DNA from: an uncultured Candidatus Poseidoniales archaeon
GTDB lineage: Archaea > Thermoplasmatota > Poseidoniia > Poseidoniales > Thalassarchaeaceae
NCBI GenBank assembly: GCA_964585295.1
Contig: CAZPCY010000008.1
Location: forward strand, 6,295-70,294
DNA length: 64,000 nt
Direction of reading: 5' to 3'
Part shown: piece after piece, positions 49,062 through 59,500 of the stretch
Numbering within the stretch: position 1 is the stretch's first letter
How the letters are laid out: each line of letters begins with the position of its first letter
The notes under the pieces: generated by a model
Told to the model about the DNA's origin: nothing
Seen by the model: the letters and a program-made list of their open reading frames with translations, nothing else
The model's database searches: none
Position numbers and translations under genes: made by a program

Positions 49062-50585
49062 TCAGCCTCTGCTCGGTGGCCCGCTGGGTGGACCCGTGGG
49101 TGGACCCGTGGGTGGACCGCGCGGCGATCCCTTCGGTCCGGGAGGACCCGATGGCGGACCCGCGGGCCCGGACGGTGGTCCCGGTGGCTCAGCCGGACCG
49201 GTGGTCGGCGGCCCAGGGGGTCCCGATGGCGGGGGCGGCGGCTCTGGTGCTGCTTCCATTGGATTTGAGGGAGGTCCGGACGGTGGTCCCGGTGACTCAG
49301 CCGGACCGGCGGTCGGCGGCCCAGAGGGTCCCGATGGCGGGGAGGGTGGCTCTGGTGCTGCTTCCATTGGATACGAGGGAGGTCCGGATGGTGGCCCCGA
49401 TGGTGGTCCAGCCGGTGGACCGGACGGCTCTGATTTCCCACCCGGTGGTCCGGATGGAGGACCCGATGGCGGTCCTGCCGCTGGACCTGACGGAGACTCG
49501 GATGGTTCCGGTCCCTTCTCCGTTGTTCTAGGTGGTGTACCAGATGGGGGTCCCAAAGGTGCCACTGCCGCCCTGTCAGGTTGTTCGGGGATTTCGTTCG
49601 GCGGCCCGGATGGTATAGGCGGAGGCCCGCTCGGAGGTCCAACCGTTGGTGTGGAAGGAGGCCCGCTTAGAGGACCAGTTGGAACTGTTGGAGGGACGTT
49701 AGGCATCACTGGACTGGGTGGCGGAGCCGCAGGCACGATCTCTGGCACCGTCAATGGATGTGGTGGTGCCGCTGGAGGGCCAGCCATCACCGTGTCCATC
49801 TCAGCCGGTGGTGCGGATGGAGGGCCTGTGGCCATTCCAGTTGGTGGCATCGCCGGTGGGAAGGCTGGGGGTATGGTTGGTGGATTCGCAGGCACCATGC
49901 CGAGATCGGCCGGTGAAGGCATTCCACCCATGCCGACCACTGGTCCCGCAGTGGGAGTCGCCGCCGGCAACGCGGGTGCTGCCACCACAGCCGCAGCCGG
50001 AGCGGGAGAGCCCGCGGCCGAGAAAGCGGCGGCTATCGGATCGTTGCTGAGCGAACTCACCGGTAAATTCGAGGTATCCGTCATCTCGCCGAAGCCCGCC
50101 AACGCGGAGCCAAAGGCTGACGCCAGTGCATCCCCATCATCGCTCGCTGCCTGCCTCATCATGGTTGAGGCCCCGGGCGTCCCTAGGACAGCAGGCGCAG
50201 CGCCTCGATTCTCCTGGTCGTTTGGCGTGGGGGCCAACTCGTTCCTATCGGAATCGGACATCCGCATGCCGTCGGGGAACGGACCGAGATCGGCACGGTG
50301 CTCCCCGAAGCTCGCCCATAGGATCCACGCTCCCGATGAAGGCGGCATGAACCAACTCGCGTAGCCGACGCCGCCGCCAGCGACTTCGCGGACGTTTTCG
50401 TAGACGGTCACAACCGCACCGCTGGTCCGGATTCCCAACGAGATTCCTCGCTGAGGCAGCCGCCCGTGGTTGCTGACCTCAGCAGTGACCCTGATCGCAT
50501 CTCTGTCGTCATCGTCGATGTCGTCGACGACCGCGTGCAGGCGAACGGTCAAGTCGCCCAGCGCGATACTCCTCTCCCCTATCAC
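49062..50585 (-). CDS. Protein with N-terminal beta-rich domain and very long Pro/Gly-rich tail
   Basis: About 110 globular residues, then Ala/Pro-rich and GPPS/GPPT repeats; collinear with the neighbouring minus-strand genes. Confidence 0.75.
   Translation of the reverse strand: MIGERSIALGDLTVRLHAVVDDIDDDDRDAIRVTAEVSNHGRLPQRGISLGIRTSGAVVTVYENVREVAGGGVGYASWFMPPSSGAWILWASFGEHRADLGPFPDGMRMSDSDRNELAPTPNDQENRGAAPAVLGTPGASTMMRQAASDDGDALASAFGSALAGFGEMTDTSNLPVSSLSNDPIAAAFSAAGSPAPAAAVVAAPALPAATPTAGPVVGMGGMPSPADLGMVPANPPTIPPAFPPAMPPTGMATGPPSAPPAEMDTVMAGPPAAPPHPLTVPEIVPAAPPPSPVMPNVPPTVPTGPLSGPPSTPTVGPPSGPPPIPSGPPNEIPEQPDRAAVAPLGPPSGTPPRTTEKGPEPSESPSGPAAGPPSGPPSGPPGGKSEPSGPPAGPPSGPPSGPPSYPMEAAPEPPSPPSGPSGPPTAGPAESPGPPSGPPSNPMEAAPEPPPPPSGPPGPPTTGPAEPPGPPSGPAGPPSGPPGPKGSPRGPPTGPPTGPPSGPPSRG
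49171..49386. repeat. 108-bp (36-aa) imperfect tandem duplication within Pro-rich gene
   Basis: gacggtggtcccggtg... recurs at 49171 and 49279; a 12-bp gggtggacccgt unit also repeats ~3x near 49086-49118. Confidence 0.85.
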
Positions 50586-50681
50586 GGACCTCGCCGCCGC
50601 GATTATTGGGCCACTACTTCAACGACGCCCCGACATGTGGTGGGTTCCACGCTCGCCGCGATGGTAATCTAACGACCCATC

Positions 50682-51224
50682 TCAACCGAGGGTTCGCCGC
50701 GTTTCGGCCGGAAGCGAGTCCTCGAACGCCACTATGCTTCCGACCACCAGATCGATTTCCGATTGATGCGTGTGCCGCTGCTTGATGCGCAGTGAGTCTC
50801 GGACCAGCAGTAAGATATTGATGATTGGAACGAGATAGAGAATCTTGCGGAGCGCCCGAGAGTCCCATGCATTCTCGGGCAGCGGCGCTCCATCGTCAGC
50901 CACGACAGCGAGCCCGAACCAACGCTGACCCAGCGATCGGGAGAGTCGGCGGCCGGTCCAGGTCCAATACAGGAAGTGAGAGGCGAGGAGCACGAACGCG
51001 AGCGCGGCTGCATGATGGAACTGAGCCGATGTCCACAGCGAGATATTCCACGCATCTAGAATCCGCCATCGACTCACTATCGAGAGCAGACCGGTGACTG
51101 CGATGACGTCGAGGAAGAACGCTCCGGCCCTTCTCCGTAAGGGTGCCAGAACGGTTCCCTCCGGAACGTTCCAATGGTCGTGTTCGACCGACACCAATCT
51201 CTTCGCCATCGTCTCTTCGATCAT
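50682..51224 (-). CDS. RDD family membrane protein
   Basis: APLRRRAGAFFLD, SLGQRWFGLAVV..DG, HQSEIDLVVGS.V. Confidence 0.85.
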   Translation of the reverse strand: MIEETMAKRLVSVEHDHWNVPEGTVLAPLRRRAGAFFLDVIAVTGLLSIVSRWRILDAWNISLWTSAQFHHAAALAFVLLASHFLYWTWTGRRLSRSLGQRWFGLAVVADDGAPLPENAWDSRALRKILYLVPIINILLLVRDSLRIKQRHTHQSEIDLVVGSIVAFEDSLPAETRRTLG

Positions 51225-51233
51225 GATATCGCC

Positions 51234-53303
51234 TCACATCTGCAGTAGATGCCACGCTTCCTGACCAGCATCCCTGACAGCCTCGATCCAAGCCCACCAA
51301 TCCGGCTGGTTCTCTAGGGTCCTCGGATCGCCTACCACAATCAGACCGCGCTTCGCCCGGGTGATCGCGACATTGAGCCGCCTCGAATCGTCAAGGAAAC
51401 CGAACTCCCCTTCCGGGTTCGAACGGACGCAGGACAGCACGATCACCTCTTTCTCCCGCCCTTGGTAGCCATCGACGCTCTTTATCTCAAGACCGGCGAA
51501 TGGCTCTCCTTCACCCCTTCCCCCAGCAGCCTCGATGAGGTCCGAGATTGCTCTGACCTGACCGTTGTACGGAGTGATTACCCCTATCTGCCTAGGCAGC
51601 AGGGTGCCGTCCTCCAGCAGCATCTCGATAATCCTCGCAACCCAGCCAGCCTCGGTCGGATTTGCCTTCGACGACCCATCCTCACTGGTCACCTCACCTC
51701 CTTCGATGGGAAGGAATGCCAGAGGTCGATCCCAATCCGGCCAAAGGAATCCCGTCGGCGCTGGCCGCTCATCGGCATCGACGCCATCAATCAGCCTGCC
51801 TTCGTAGAAGCGCGAGTTGGGGAATGAAGAGATAGCGGGGTGCATACGGTATTGCGTCTCCAGCAGTTCCGCCTCCAATCCGATTGCGAGCAGTCTCTCA
51901 AACAGCGAGAGGCTGAGATTGTCGCGCTCGGCCCGGCGCGAGATGACGGTGGGTGGCAGTTGCCTGTGGTCGCCTACTAGCACCAACTGTCGACAACCCC
52001 GCGAGATCGGCACTAGCGTCGCTGGCTCGACAGCCTGGGTCGCCTCATCCACCAGCACGCGCGGGAACCTCCTCCCATCGAGGAGATCATGTCCAGATCC
52101 TATGCATGTGGCACACACCACCGAAGCGCGATTGAGGATGTCATCGCGCATCTGGGATTCGATCCTCCGGACCTCTTTCCATCCCCGTGATAGGTCGCGA
52201 TGCGCCAATCCCTTCTCCTTCCCTTTCAGCGAAGGCATTCGGCGCAGTAGCCGTTCGTTCAGATCGAGTGTTGTCTCTAGATCGGCGCGTAAGGGGTGCG
52301 ATGCCATCCGCGCCTCGACGGTCGCATCGCGCAATCCCTCGCGGACCTTCACCGGCTGTCCCACGCGGACCGCGTCGACCCCGAGTGCCAACAGCCCCTC
52401 CAGCAGGTTATCGACCGCGACGTTCGAATCAGCGGTCGCGAGGATTGGTCCGACACCTTCCACAGACCAACGATGTAGTATCCGGACCGCTGTGTGGGTC
52501 TTACCTGTTCCAGGTGGTCCTTGGATGAGCGTGATTCGCCGTTTACACGCCGCTTCCGCGGCTTGGAGTTGGCTCTCGTTCAGACCTCGATCGAATCTTT
52601 CGGCAATCTTCCGCTTCGCACCTCCGAAGTCCGCCGGACGAGCGGCGGATGCGGCCATGTCGGAGGGCTGACCGAGGATCAGGTCACGGAGATCGGTTGC
52701 CCCCTCGTCTCCGAAGAAGGAGTCCAATGCATCTCGCATCCGATCGTGTGCGACGCGGTTTGCGGCTCGGTCGAGGCGCCAAGATCCCTGACGGAGATCC
52801 TTGGGGACATCGGAGAGGACGATTCTCAGAGAGCCTCTGGCCCGTCTCTCGACTATCGCCTCGATTGTCTCCTCACGCAAGGGGTCGTGGCGACTGAGCA
52901 GGACGATATCACCTTGCTTGAACCGATGCGAAGGCAGGTTGCGGCCGGGCAGGGTGAGTTTGATTACACGATGTCCGAAGATCCATCCACTCGTTCTGGC
53001 CGAGAGGTCGAAGAGTGCCAATCCCGCCGCGGCGAGGCGCGCCTTTGGCCATCTCTCCAATCGCCTCTCCACCTCTCGCATCTCGTCATCGAGTTCCCAT
53101 CCGATTAATCGTACGAACCGCTCATGATGGTCTTGGGATCGCTTGAACCGCAGCCTCTCACCACTTTCTTCTTCACGATCACGTTGCCTCTCACCAGGGA
53201 CATCTCGTTTCTCCTCACCGGAGCCGCCGGATCGCATCCTGCGTACCCTGCCACCTCGACCCGACACGTTCGTCGGCGCCGGGTCCGCCCGTAAGGACGT
53301 CAC
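51234..53303 (-). CDS. Superfamily 1B helicase (IGHMBP2/Upf1-like)
   Basis: LNESQ, IQGPPGTGKT, SNVAVDNL, DEATQ, VGDHRQLPP, SLFERL, QYRMHP, VDGYQGREKE, RRLNVAITRA. Start uncertain. Confidence 0.93.
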   Translation of the reverse strand: MTSLRADPAPTNVSGRGGRVRRMRSGGSGEEKRDVPGERQRDREEESGERLRFKRSQDHHERFVRLIGWELDDEMREVERRLERWPKARLAAAGLALFDLSARTSGWIFGHRVIKLTLPGRNLPSHRFKQGDIVLLSRHDPLREETIEAIVERRARGSLRIVLSDVPKDLRQGSWRLDRAANRVAHDRMRDALDSFFGDEGATDLRDLILGQPSDMAASAARPADFGGAKRKIAERFDRGLNESQLQAAEAACKRRITLIQGPPGTGKTHTAVRILHRWSVEGVGPILATADSNVAVDNLLEGLLALGVDAVRVGQPVKVREGLRDATVEARMASHPLRADLETTLDLNERLLRRMPSLKGKEKGLAHRDLSRGWKEVRRIESQMRDDILNRASVVCATCIGSGHDLLDGRRFPRVLVDEATQAVEPATLVPISRGCRQLVLVGDHRQLPPTVISRRAERDNLSLSLFERLLAIGLEAELLETQYRMHPAISSFPNSRFYEGRLIDGVDADERPAPTGFLWPDWDRPLAFLPIEGGEVTSEDGSSKANPTEAGWVARIIEMLLEDGTLLPRQIGVITPYNGQVRAISDLIEAAGGRGEGEPFAGLEIKSVDGYQGREKEVIVLSCVRSNPEGEFGFLDDSRRLNVAITRAKRGLIVVGDPRTLENQPDWWAWIEAVRDAGQEAWHLLQM

Positions 53304-53388
53304 GGCGGGGTGATGCGACCGGCAACCAAGCGCCGGTCATGCTTTTCAACGGAGGATGTCCCGCCGGAGGTGTTCTCGAGGTTCATCC

Positions 53389-54792
53389 ATGTTTGGACGC
53401 AGGCGCAAGAGCGAGCAACGCTCGGGTGTGGAGTGCCCCCTTTGTCATTTGATGAACAATGAGGACGCACAGGCTTGCAGCCGCTGCTACTACGACTTCA
53501 GCAAGCCTAGTCACCAGCAGGTGCAGCCGCTGGAGAACTCAGAATCCGAAGGTCTGCTCGACTTGCTTGTTGCCGAGGTCGATTTGAACGAAGAGCAGGA
53601 AGACCTCGTCGACTGGACCGGTCACACCTTTGAGATGGAGGACGTGACTATCGACATTCATCAGTACGATGACAGTGGCACCGTGGCGATTAGCGAGAGC
53701 CCCAGTTTTGCACGCCAGTTCGTCGACACCTCGTCCATAGGTGGAAAGGAGGATGACTTGGAACTCGAAGCGTCCGACGCACCCACTGATGTCGAGCGCT
53801 TCGTTGTGCCCACAGAGGAGATTGAGGATTGGAACGAGACCCTTGAGCATCGGGTCAGACTCGTCGATCCGACGACTGGAGAGAGCGCAGTCGACATCGA
53901 TGCGGATCTCAATGAATCGAATTGGGAAGCCTCGACAGGAGGTACCGCCAGCGCTCCCAATATCGAACCTCAGGAGAATCTCGTCACCTCGACTCAAACC
54001 TCTCTCCAAGACATCCAAGTCGCATCCGATTCGGCAGCCGGCAACGACGCGGCGAGCCTCCCGCCACTGCCGAACGGGGCGACGGCTCCCATCGCCTCCC
54101 CGGTTCAGCCCGCCCCCGCCCCGGTCAAGCAACTTATCGTCGAGCCTGCCGCAGCCACCTCCCCAGCGCCCGCTGCTCTACCATCGATTCCGGCCACTCC
54201 TGCCATTCCGGTCCAAGCAGCACCCGCACCATCTCCCGCGATGCCCCCACTACCTTCCCAACCCGTTGCGGCTGCAGCGGTACCGCAGTCCGAAATCCTC
54301 GACCCAACCTCAACCCCTCCCGCAGCGGCCCCTCCCGCCGCCGCGTTCCAAGCCGCTCCGCAAACCGTGGCCCCGCTCCCTCCAACTCAGCCCCACCTAC
54401 CTACGATGGCACCCAGCACGCCGGCAGCGAATGATCCGAGCGCCGCTTCCCCCGCGCTGCCACCGATACCCACCGCCCCAACCCCGAGGTCCGCCGCTCC
54501 CACGGCTGGCATCTGGCCGTGGCCTCAGAGCGCGCCGTATGAGGATCGGGTAATCGCGCAGCGCGTGCGTGAGGCAATGGAGCGAGCGAAGGAAGGCGAT
54601 GCCGCGGGCGCTGGCCAGATTCTTGACGAGGTAGGCCCACATCTGGGTGACCGTCGCCGCCTCCTCTATCCGATTGGGGCGCTGATGCGAAACCTGGGTC
54701 GAGAGGAGGCCATCTCCTCGATGCTGGCCACCGCCGCCGCCCGATACCCGGACGATGCCGATGTCCGCACCGCGGTCGAAAAACTCGGATGA
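53389..54792 (+). CDS. Zinc-ribbon / acidic / Pro-rich linker / helical (TPR-like) C-terminal domain protein
   Basis: CPLC..N...AQACSRC; Pro/Ala-rich middle; helical C-terminus ending YPDDADVRTAVEKLG. Confidence 0.7.
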   Translation: MFGRRRKSEQRSGVECPLCHLMNNEDAQACSRCYYDFSKPSHQQVQPLENSESEGLLDLLVAEVDLNEEQEDLVDWTGHTFEMEDVTIDIHQYDDSGTVAISESPSFARQFVDTSSIGGKEDDLELEASDAPTDVERFVVPTEEIEDWNETLEHRVRLVDPTTGESAVDIDADLNESNWEASTGGTASAPNIEPQENLVTSTQTSLQDIQVASDSAAGNDAASLPPLPNGATAPIASPVQPAPAPVKQLIVEPAAATSPAPAALPSIPATPAIPVQAAPAPSPAMPPLPSQPVAAAAVPQSEILDPTSTPPAAAPPAAAFQAAPQTVAPLPPTQPHLPTMAPSTPAANDPSAASPALPPIPTAPTPRSAAPTAGIWPWPQSAPYEDRVIAQRVREAMERAKEGDAAGAGQILDEVGPHLGDRRRLLYPIGALMRNLGREEAISSMLATAAARYPDDADVRTAVEKLG

Positions 54793-55484
54793 TCTACCAG
54801 TTCATACGCATGTTCGCCAACGGAATCCCACGACCGATCCATCCCTCGGACCGAGCCATCGAACCCTCCGTCATCCTGAAGCGAGACCGGAGCTTGTTAA
54901 ACTCCGTGCGCAGCCATCCGACTCCACTGCTGACGCCCGACGAGGGGTTGCGTCTCGTGCCGGTCGAGCCCGCCCATCTCGATGGCTTGGTCGCGGTCCT
55001 CAAGACTGAACCAGACACGGTCCGGACTGCCATGCCGTGGGTCGAATCCACCAACTCGCTTCGAAGGCAGTTAGGTGAGTTCTTGGTGGACATGCAGTAT
55101 CACGGTCAGCGAGGCACCCTGCATGCTTGGCTCATGATCGACCCCGCGACGAGCGATACTTTGGGAGTAATCGGACTCGATGACAGCACGCATGCGATTG
55201 GCGCCGATTGGAATCTTGGCTACTGGGTGAGGAGGAGTGCGAGAAGCCGAGGGATAGCGACCAAGGCGATGGATGCGGTGGCGTCATTCGCCCGAGAGGT
55301 TGGTGCCCTAGGATTGGAGTTGAAGGCCGATCCGACAAACGCCGCCGGCCTCGCGACCATTCACAGCGCTCTTCGGAGATGGGGCGGTCGCCGAGCCGAA
55401 GAAGGCGATCGGCCATACGATGTAGACGGCTCACCGGTCATCCATCACTCCCATCTCCTCTATCTCAGTGGGGATGACCGATGA
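54789..55484 (+). CDS. GNAT N-acetyltransferase, RimJ/RimL-like
   Basis: MPW, LGVIGL, NLGYWV..SARSRGIAT, N.AG. Confidence 0.85.
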   Translation: MIYQFIRMFANGIPRPIHPSDRAIEPSVILKRDRSLLNSVRSHPTPLLTPDEGLRLVPVEPAHLDGLVAVLKTEPDTVRTAMPWVESTNSLRRQLGEFLVDMQYHGQRGTLHAWLMIDPATSDTLGVIGLDDSTHAIGADWNLGYWVRRSARSRGIATKAMDAVASFAREVGALGLELKADPTNAAGLATIHSALRRWGGRRAEEGDRPYDVDGSPVIHHSHLLYLSGDDR

Positions 55485-56311
55485 GCGAGCATTGGCTGTC
55501 GGTCGATACCGATGACCGGATCCACCTACCTCGCAATCGCGGTCACCCTAAGCGCTCCGCCCATCCGTCGCCGCATTGGCGGACCGAAGGATTACCGAGC
55601 AGCGAAGCGCTTCTCAAAGGAATGGACCGCTTCGCCGAGTGGCGACTATCCTCTGGCCATCCCGTTACCCTCTTCGTCATCGCCGAACAATTGGACTGTC
55701 CCGACTTTCGATCCCGCCTCCTCGATTTCTCCCAACAACCGGGGATCACCATCAGTTGCCATGGCTGGAGCCACAGATGCTGGTCTGCATGGCCCGCGGA
55801 CCCGGAGGAATTCACGACCATGCTCAAAGAAGCGAAGGAGCGCATCGAATCCGTCGCAGGCGATTCTTGGCGACCTTGGTTCCGCGCACCGGGGGGTTAT
55901 GTGGCGCCGTGGATGGCCGCCCCTCTAGCGGACGCCGGTTTCACCCTCGACTCCTCGGTCAATCCGACCCCGATGTTGTTGCGGAAGAGCGGTGCCGATT
56001 CGGAACGGAATCGATCCAATGGCTGGCAATCGGTGCTGGATGCGATGCGCATCGAGGGTGTCGTCGAGAGACCTTGGCTCACGGTCCGGGCCGGCATCGG
56101 ACCGCGGCTGCCGGGCTGTGGTCCCGCTCTCCATATTCCAGGCCTCGCAACCCTAGCTCGGCGCGCTTGGCGACGCACCTCGCTTACTCCTTCGGCTGAA
56201 GATCGGACCCTGACCAACCCGAATCGTCCCGTCACCGTCCTCTACTGGCATCTGCTCGACCATGCTCGGCGCGACGGTGAGTGGACCCCTCCGGTGAGTC
56301 CTCGTCTGTAG
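55481..56311 (+). CDS. Polysaccharide deacetylase (CE4/NodB-like)
   Basis: LSVDTDD, TLFVIA, CHGWSH, FRAPGG, LDSS, YWH. Confidence 0.82.
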   Translation: MSEHWLSVDTDDRIHLPRNRGHPKRSAHPSPHWRTEGLPSSEALLKGMDRFAEWRLSSGHPVTLFVIAEQLDCPDFRSRLLDFSQQPGITISCHGWSHRCWSAWPADPEEFTTMLKEAKERIESVAGDSWRPWFRAPGGYVAPWMAAPLADAGFTLDSSVNPTPMLLRKSGADSERNRSNGWQSVLDAMRIEGVVERPWLTVRAGIGPRLPGCGPALHIPGLATLARRAWRRTSLTPSAEDRTLTNPNRPVTVLYWHLLDHARRDGEWTPPVSPRL

Positions 56312-56496
56312 CCTGAGGAGTACACGACAGACTGAAACCAGCCGAGTTCGAACACCTCCATCATAATGGACCGGTCCCGTTCAGACGACATACTGCCTAG
56401 GATCCTGTCATCTGCGATGATTCTTGGAACGGTTGAATGAGAGCCAATCAAGACCCGAAGCCACGGTCCATCTACCAATGCTTCAACCCACTTCGC

Positions 56497-56503
56497 TTAA
56501 TAT
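56497..56503 (+). promoter_or_regulatory. Putative TATA box (TTAATAT), leaderless-type spacing
   Basis: 24-30 nt upstream of ATG 56527; same heptamer as upstream of the pilin gene. Confidence 0.5.
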
Positions 56504-56526
56504 GGCACCATCTCTCAGGCTAATCC

Positions 56527-59500
56527 ATGAGCAGCCGCTCCGCACTGCCCCTGATATTGACCGCCATGTTCCTTTTCGCCTCTGCGCTGGCCCTCGTAGG
56601 GCCAGTCGAGGAGACCGTCGAGGAGCGCATCGCGCTGAACGCTGAGCCTGCAAATTATGGCGCACCAAGCCCTGGCCACACCGTTTTCATGCAGTACATA
56701 TCGTCTGACAATTGCGTTTACTGTTACAATGCCGGTGGCGGTTCTGAGTCTGCACATAACCTGAAGCAATCCAATCCCGATGAATTCGTGTACATCACTT
56801 ACTCGTCTCTTGATTTTGGCTCGACCAATGATGCAAGATCGGGCAATGTAGCACCCATTTGGGCGATGAACCACTTGGGTGAAACTGGTGGTGCTCCGAC
56901 TGCATATTTGGGTGATTCGGACCCCGCGGCCAGCGGAAGTGATGGCCAAGGTACGAGATACGATTCCACCTTTTCAGCCGGGGGAAATATGCACGCTTCG
57001 GCGGCTGATTACGCCATAGCCGTTCAGCAATCCGTGAATTCAACTGATCCGGCCGATGTAGATATCATGATTCAAGCAGCATATGTAGGAACTGGAACTC
57101 CACCTGCATCGACCAAGCTCTACGCGGCCGTGACTGAGGAAAAGTGTGGCTACACCTACAATGGCGGCAATCCGGGATACGCCCACAATTGCTGGCGTGC
57201 TTGGCTTCTGAATGGTAACTCGTATGCAACGACCAGTGGTACTACGGGTGGTGGTACCGGATTCATCACTATGAATCTACAGAATGGTCCTCACACAGAG
57301 ATGTGGACCATCCCCGGCAACATCGTGCGTGCCCAAGGTGGTAACTCAGCTGGAATCGACAACATGCTCACCATTGGTGCCATCTTCAGCACTTGGAGCA
57401 CCACAGCGCACAACCACGATGTCTATGCCGCAGGGGATAGTTCGATGCAACCGCTTATCGATGTCGGTATCGACTTCGTCACCGTTGCCAATCAGGATGG
57501 TTCCGCGGGTTTCGTCTCCGGAGACACAGTAGATCTCTCCGTAACTGTCCGTAATCGTGGCGCTGAAGCCTACAACGATGGCGGTACTATCGGTCTCTAC
57601 TACTTGCAAGGCAACCAGGAGAATCTAATCGACACCACCTCTCTCAATTCCTTGACGAAAAATGGCGCTAGCGACACACAAACCTTCCAAACAACCTTTG
57701 ACACTACTTCAATCACCACAGTATCGCATGGGCAGACTGCGTTCCGTGCTCGCCTGACCAGTTTGACCGGTGACGGGAACGCGATGAACAACTTCGCTCA
57801 GGAGTATATCTCACACGATATGCCACCGGGCGCAACTCTGCCAACCGCAGTAGGTGAGGACACCGTCATCACCCGCCAACCAAACGACGTAAATCTGAGC
57901 TTTGAGTTGAAGCCGAGTATCAACGACGCGGTCGACGATGTCAGCACGATGACAGGGTCGCTCGAAGTCAAGGACCTGATCACCGGAGCGTGGAGCGACG
58001 CTTGGGTTACAGGAGGCGATGAAGTGTTCGGCCAGGGAGAATCGGCACACCTGAAGTTCACCGTGCATCCACCCAACGATGCGAAGGCGGGGGAGTACGA
58101 CGTCCGAACGATGTGGACCGATTCCCGAGGCCAGTCATCCGCTTGGATCGAGTACGCGGACGCGTTCTCTCTCATGAACGGCCTACCGGCAGTAGTCGAC
58201 GGAGTGGTGCCGACCGTCAAGGTCGACACGGATGAGCGGATTTCCTTGGTTGGGATTGTCTCCGACCCAGAGACCCCGCTGAACCAGTTGCAGATCACTT
58301 CCACCGCCAGCGAGTTCACGGGTTGGTATCCAGCCGACATGGAGATTGGCGTCCGATTTGCCTCAGACGACCAGACCAAGGATGCGTCTGGCAACTACAT
58401 GCAGCAGAACCTGCAGATTACCATGGACGACGGCACCGACAGCAACACGGGGACGATTAAGATCAATCTGATTGAGAATGGCGCCCCACGGTGGTCGCCG
58501 GTGCAAGCAATCACGATGGAGGAGGGTGGTAGCACGACCATCGCTCTCGCCCAATACCTCTCAGACACCGATGACTCGGGCCAGACTGCTCCGGTCTCGG
58601 CGCTCACCATCCAAGTAATCAGCAACGATGCTGACGGACAGGCTCTCATCACCACCACTGTCAACGGACAGACCCTCGTATTGCAGACGATTGATGACGA
58701 TGCGCACGGCTCTACCTTGCTCACCCTGCGGGCGCATGACGGCGTTCGCCATTCGGACACCGAGATGATGGTGCATGTGACTAACGTCAACGACGCGCCC
58801 CGCCTAGACTCAACGCCTTTGGAGAACCTCCGAGTGAAGGCTGGTGAGGATGCCTGGATCGACATGTCCGGCAGGATCACCGATGTGGACACCGACGCGA
58901 CCAATCTCTGGATTGATGTCTCCAGCGATGTCTCCGGTGGCGCCAAGTGGTTCCCAGCCAACGAGACTCTTCGGCTCCGCTTCGATGTCGAGGGGATGAA
59001 GACGTTCAGCTTCTCCCTCGATGATAACGAAGGCGGCGTCGCTAACATCCCGGTAACGGTCGAGGTCGTCGATGCCCTACCTCTGACTTGGGAACAGGAC
59101 GGTGTGGGCGATCTCAGTATCGCCACCGACACCCTCGATACCGGCTCCACGCCTAGAGTCACGGTTCTGAACGTCGGCCCGACGACATTGACCGAGATTG
59201 AGGTGAATTGGCAGTTGTGCAACTCCATCACTAAACAGTGCACCGACGCTGGTCGCGAGGAGCAATTCGGCGCCTTCGATGTAGTCCCCCAGTCCGGTCT
59301 CGGGCTACGATTAGCAGACTACCTCAAGGTCACCGTCACCGGGGTCGACTCGGATGGATTCGACCGGAAGAGCACCGAGATGGTGTTCAACGCGACCGAG
59401 GCCGCCGATGATGTCATCGGAGATGGTTCGACCACGGACGGAACCGGTGATGACGGGACCTCGACACAGACCGAGGAAGGAATGTCCCTGTCGAGCCCGG

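Noticed and set aside
49013-49642. His/Arg-rich N-terminal extension of the 48734..49642 ORF
   Set aside because: Alternative frame over the Pro-rich repeat; only the last 92 codons look like a real protein.
49096-50364. 422-aa Gly-rich plus-strand ORF, superficially collagen-like
   Set aside because: Antisense shadow of the Pro-rich gene (CCN codons read as Gly); it opposes the operon direction and has no strict Gly-X-Y period.
51234-53303. SF1 helicase as an anti-phage defence system
   Set aside because: No fused or adjacent nuclease/effector; context is housekeeping-like.
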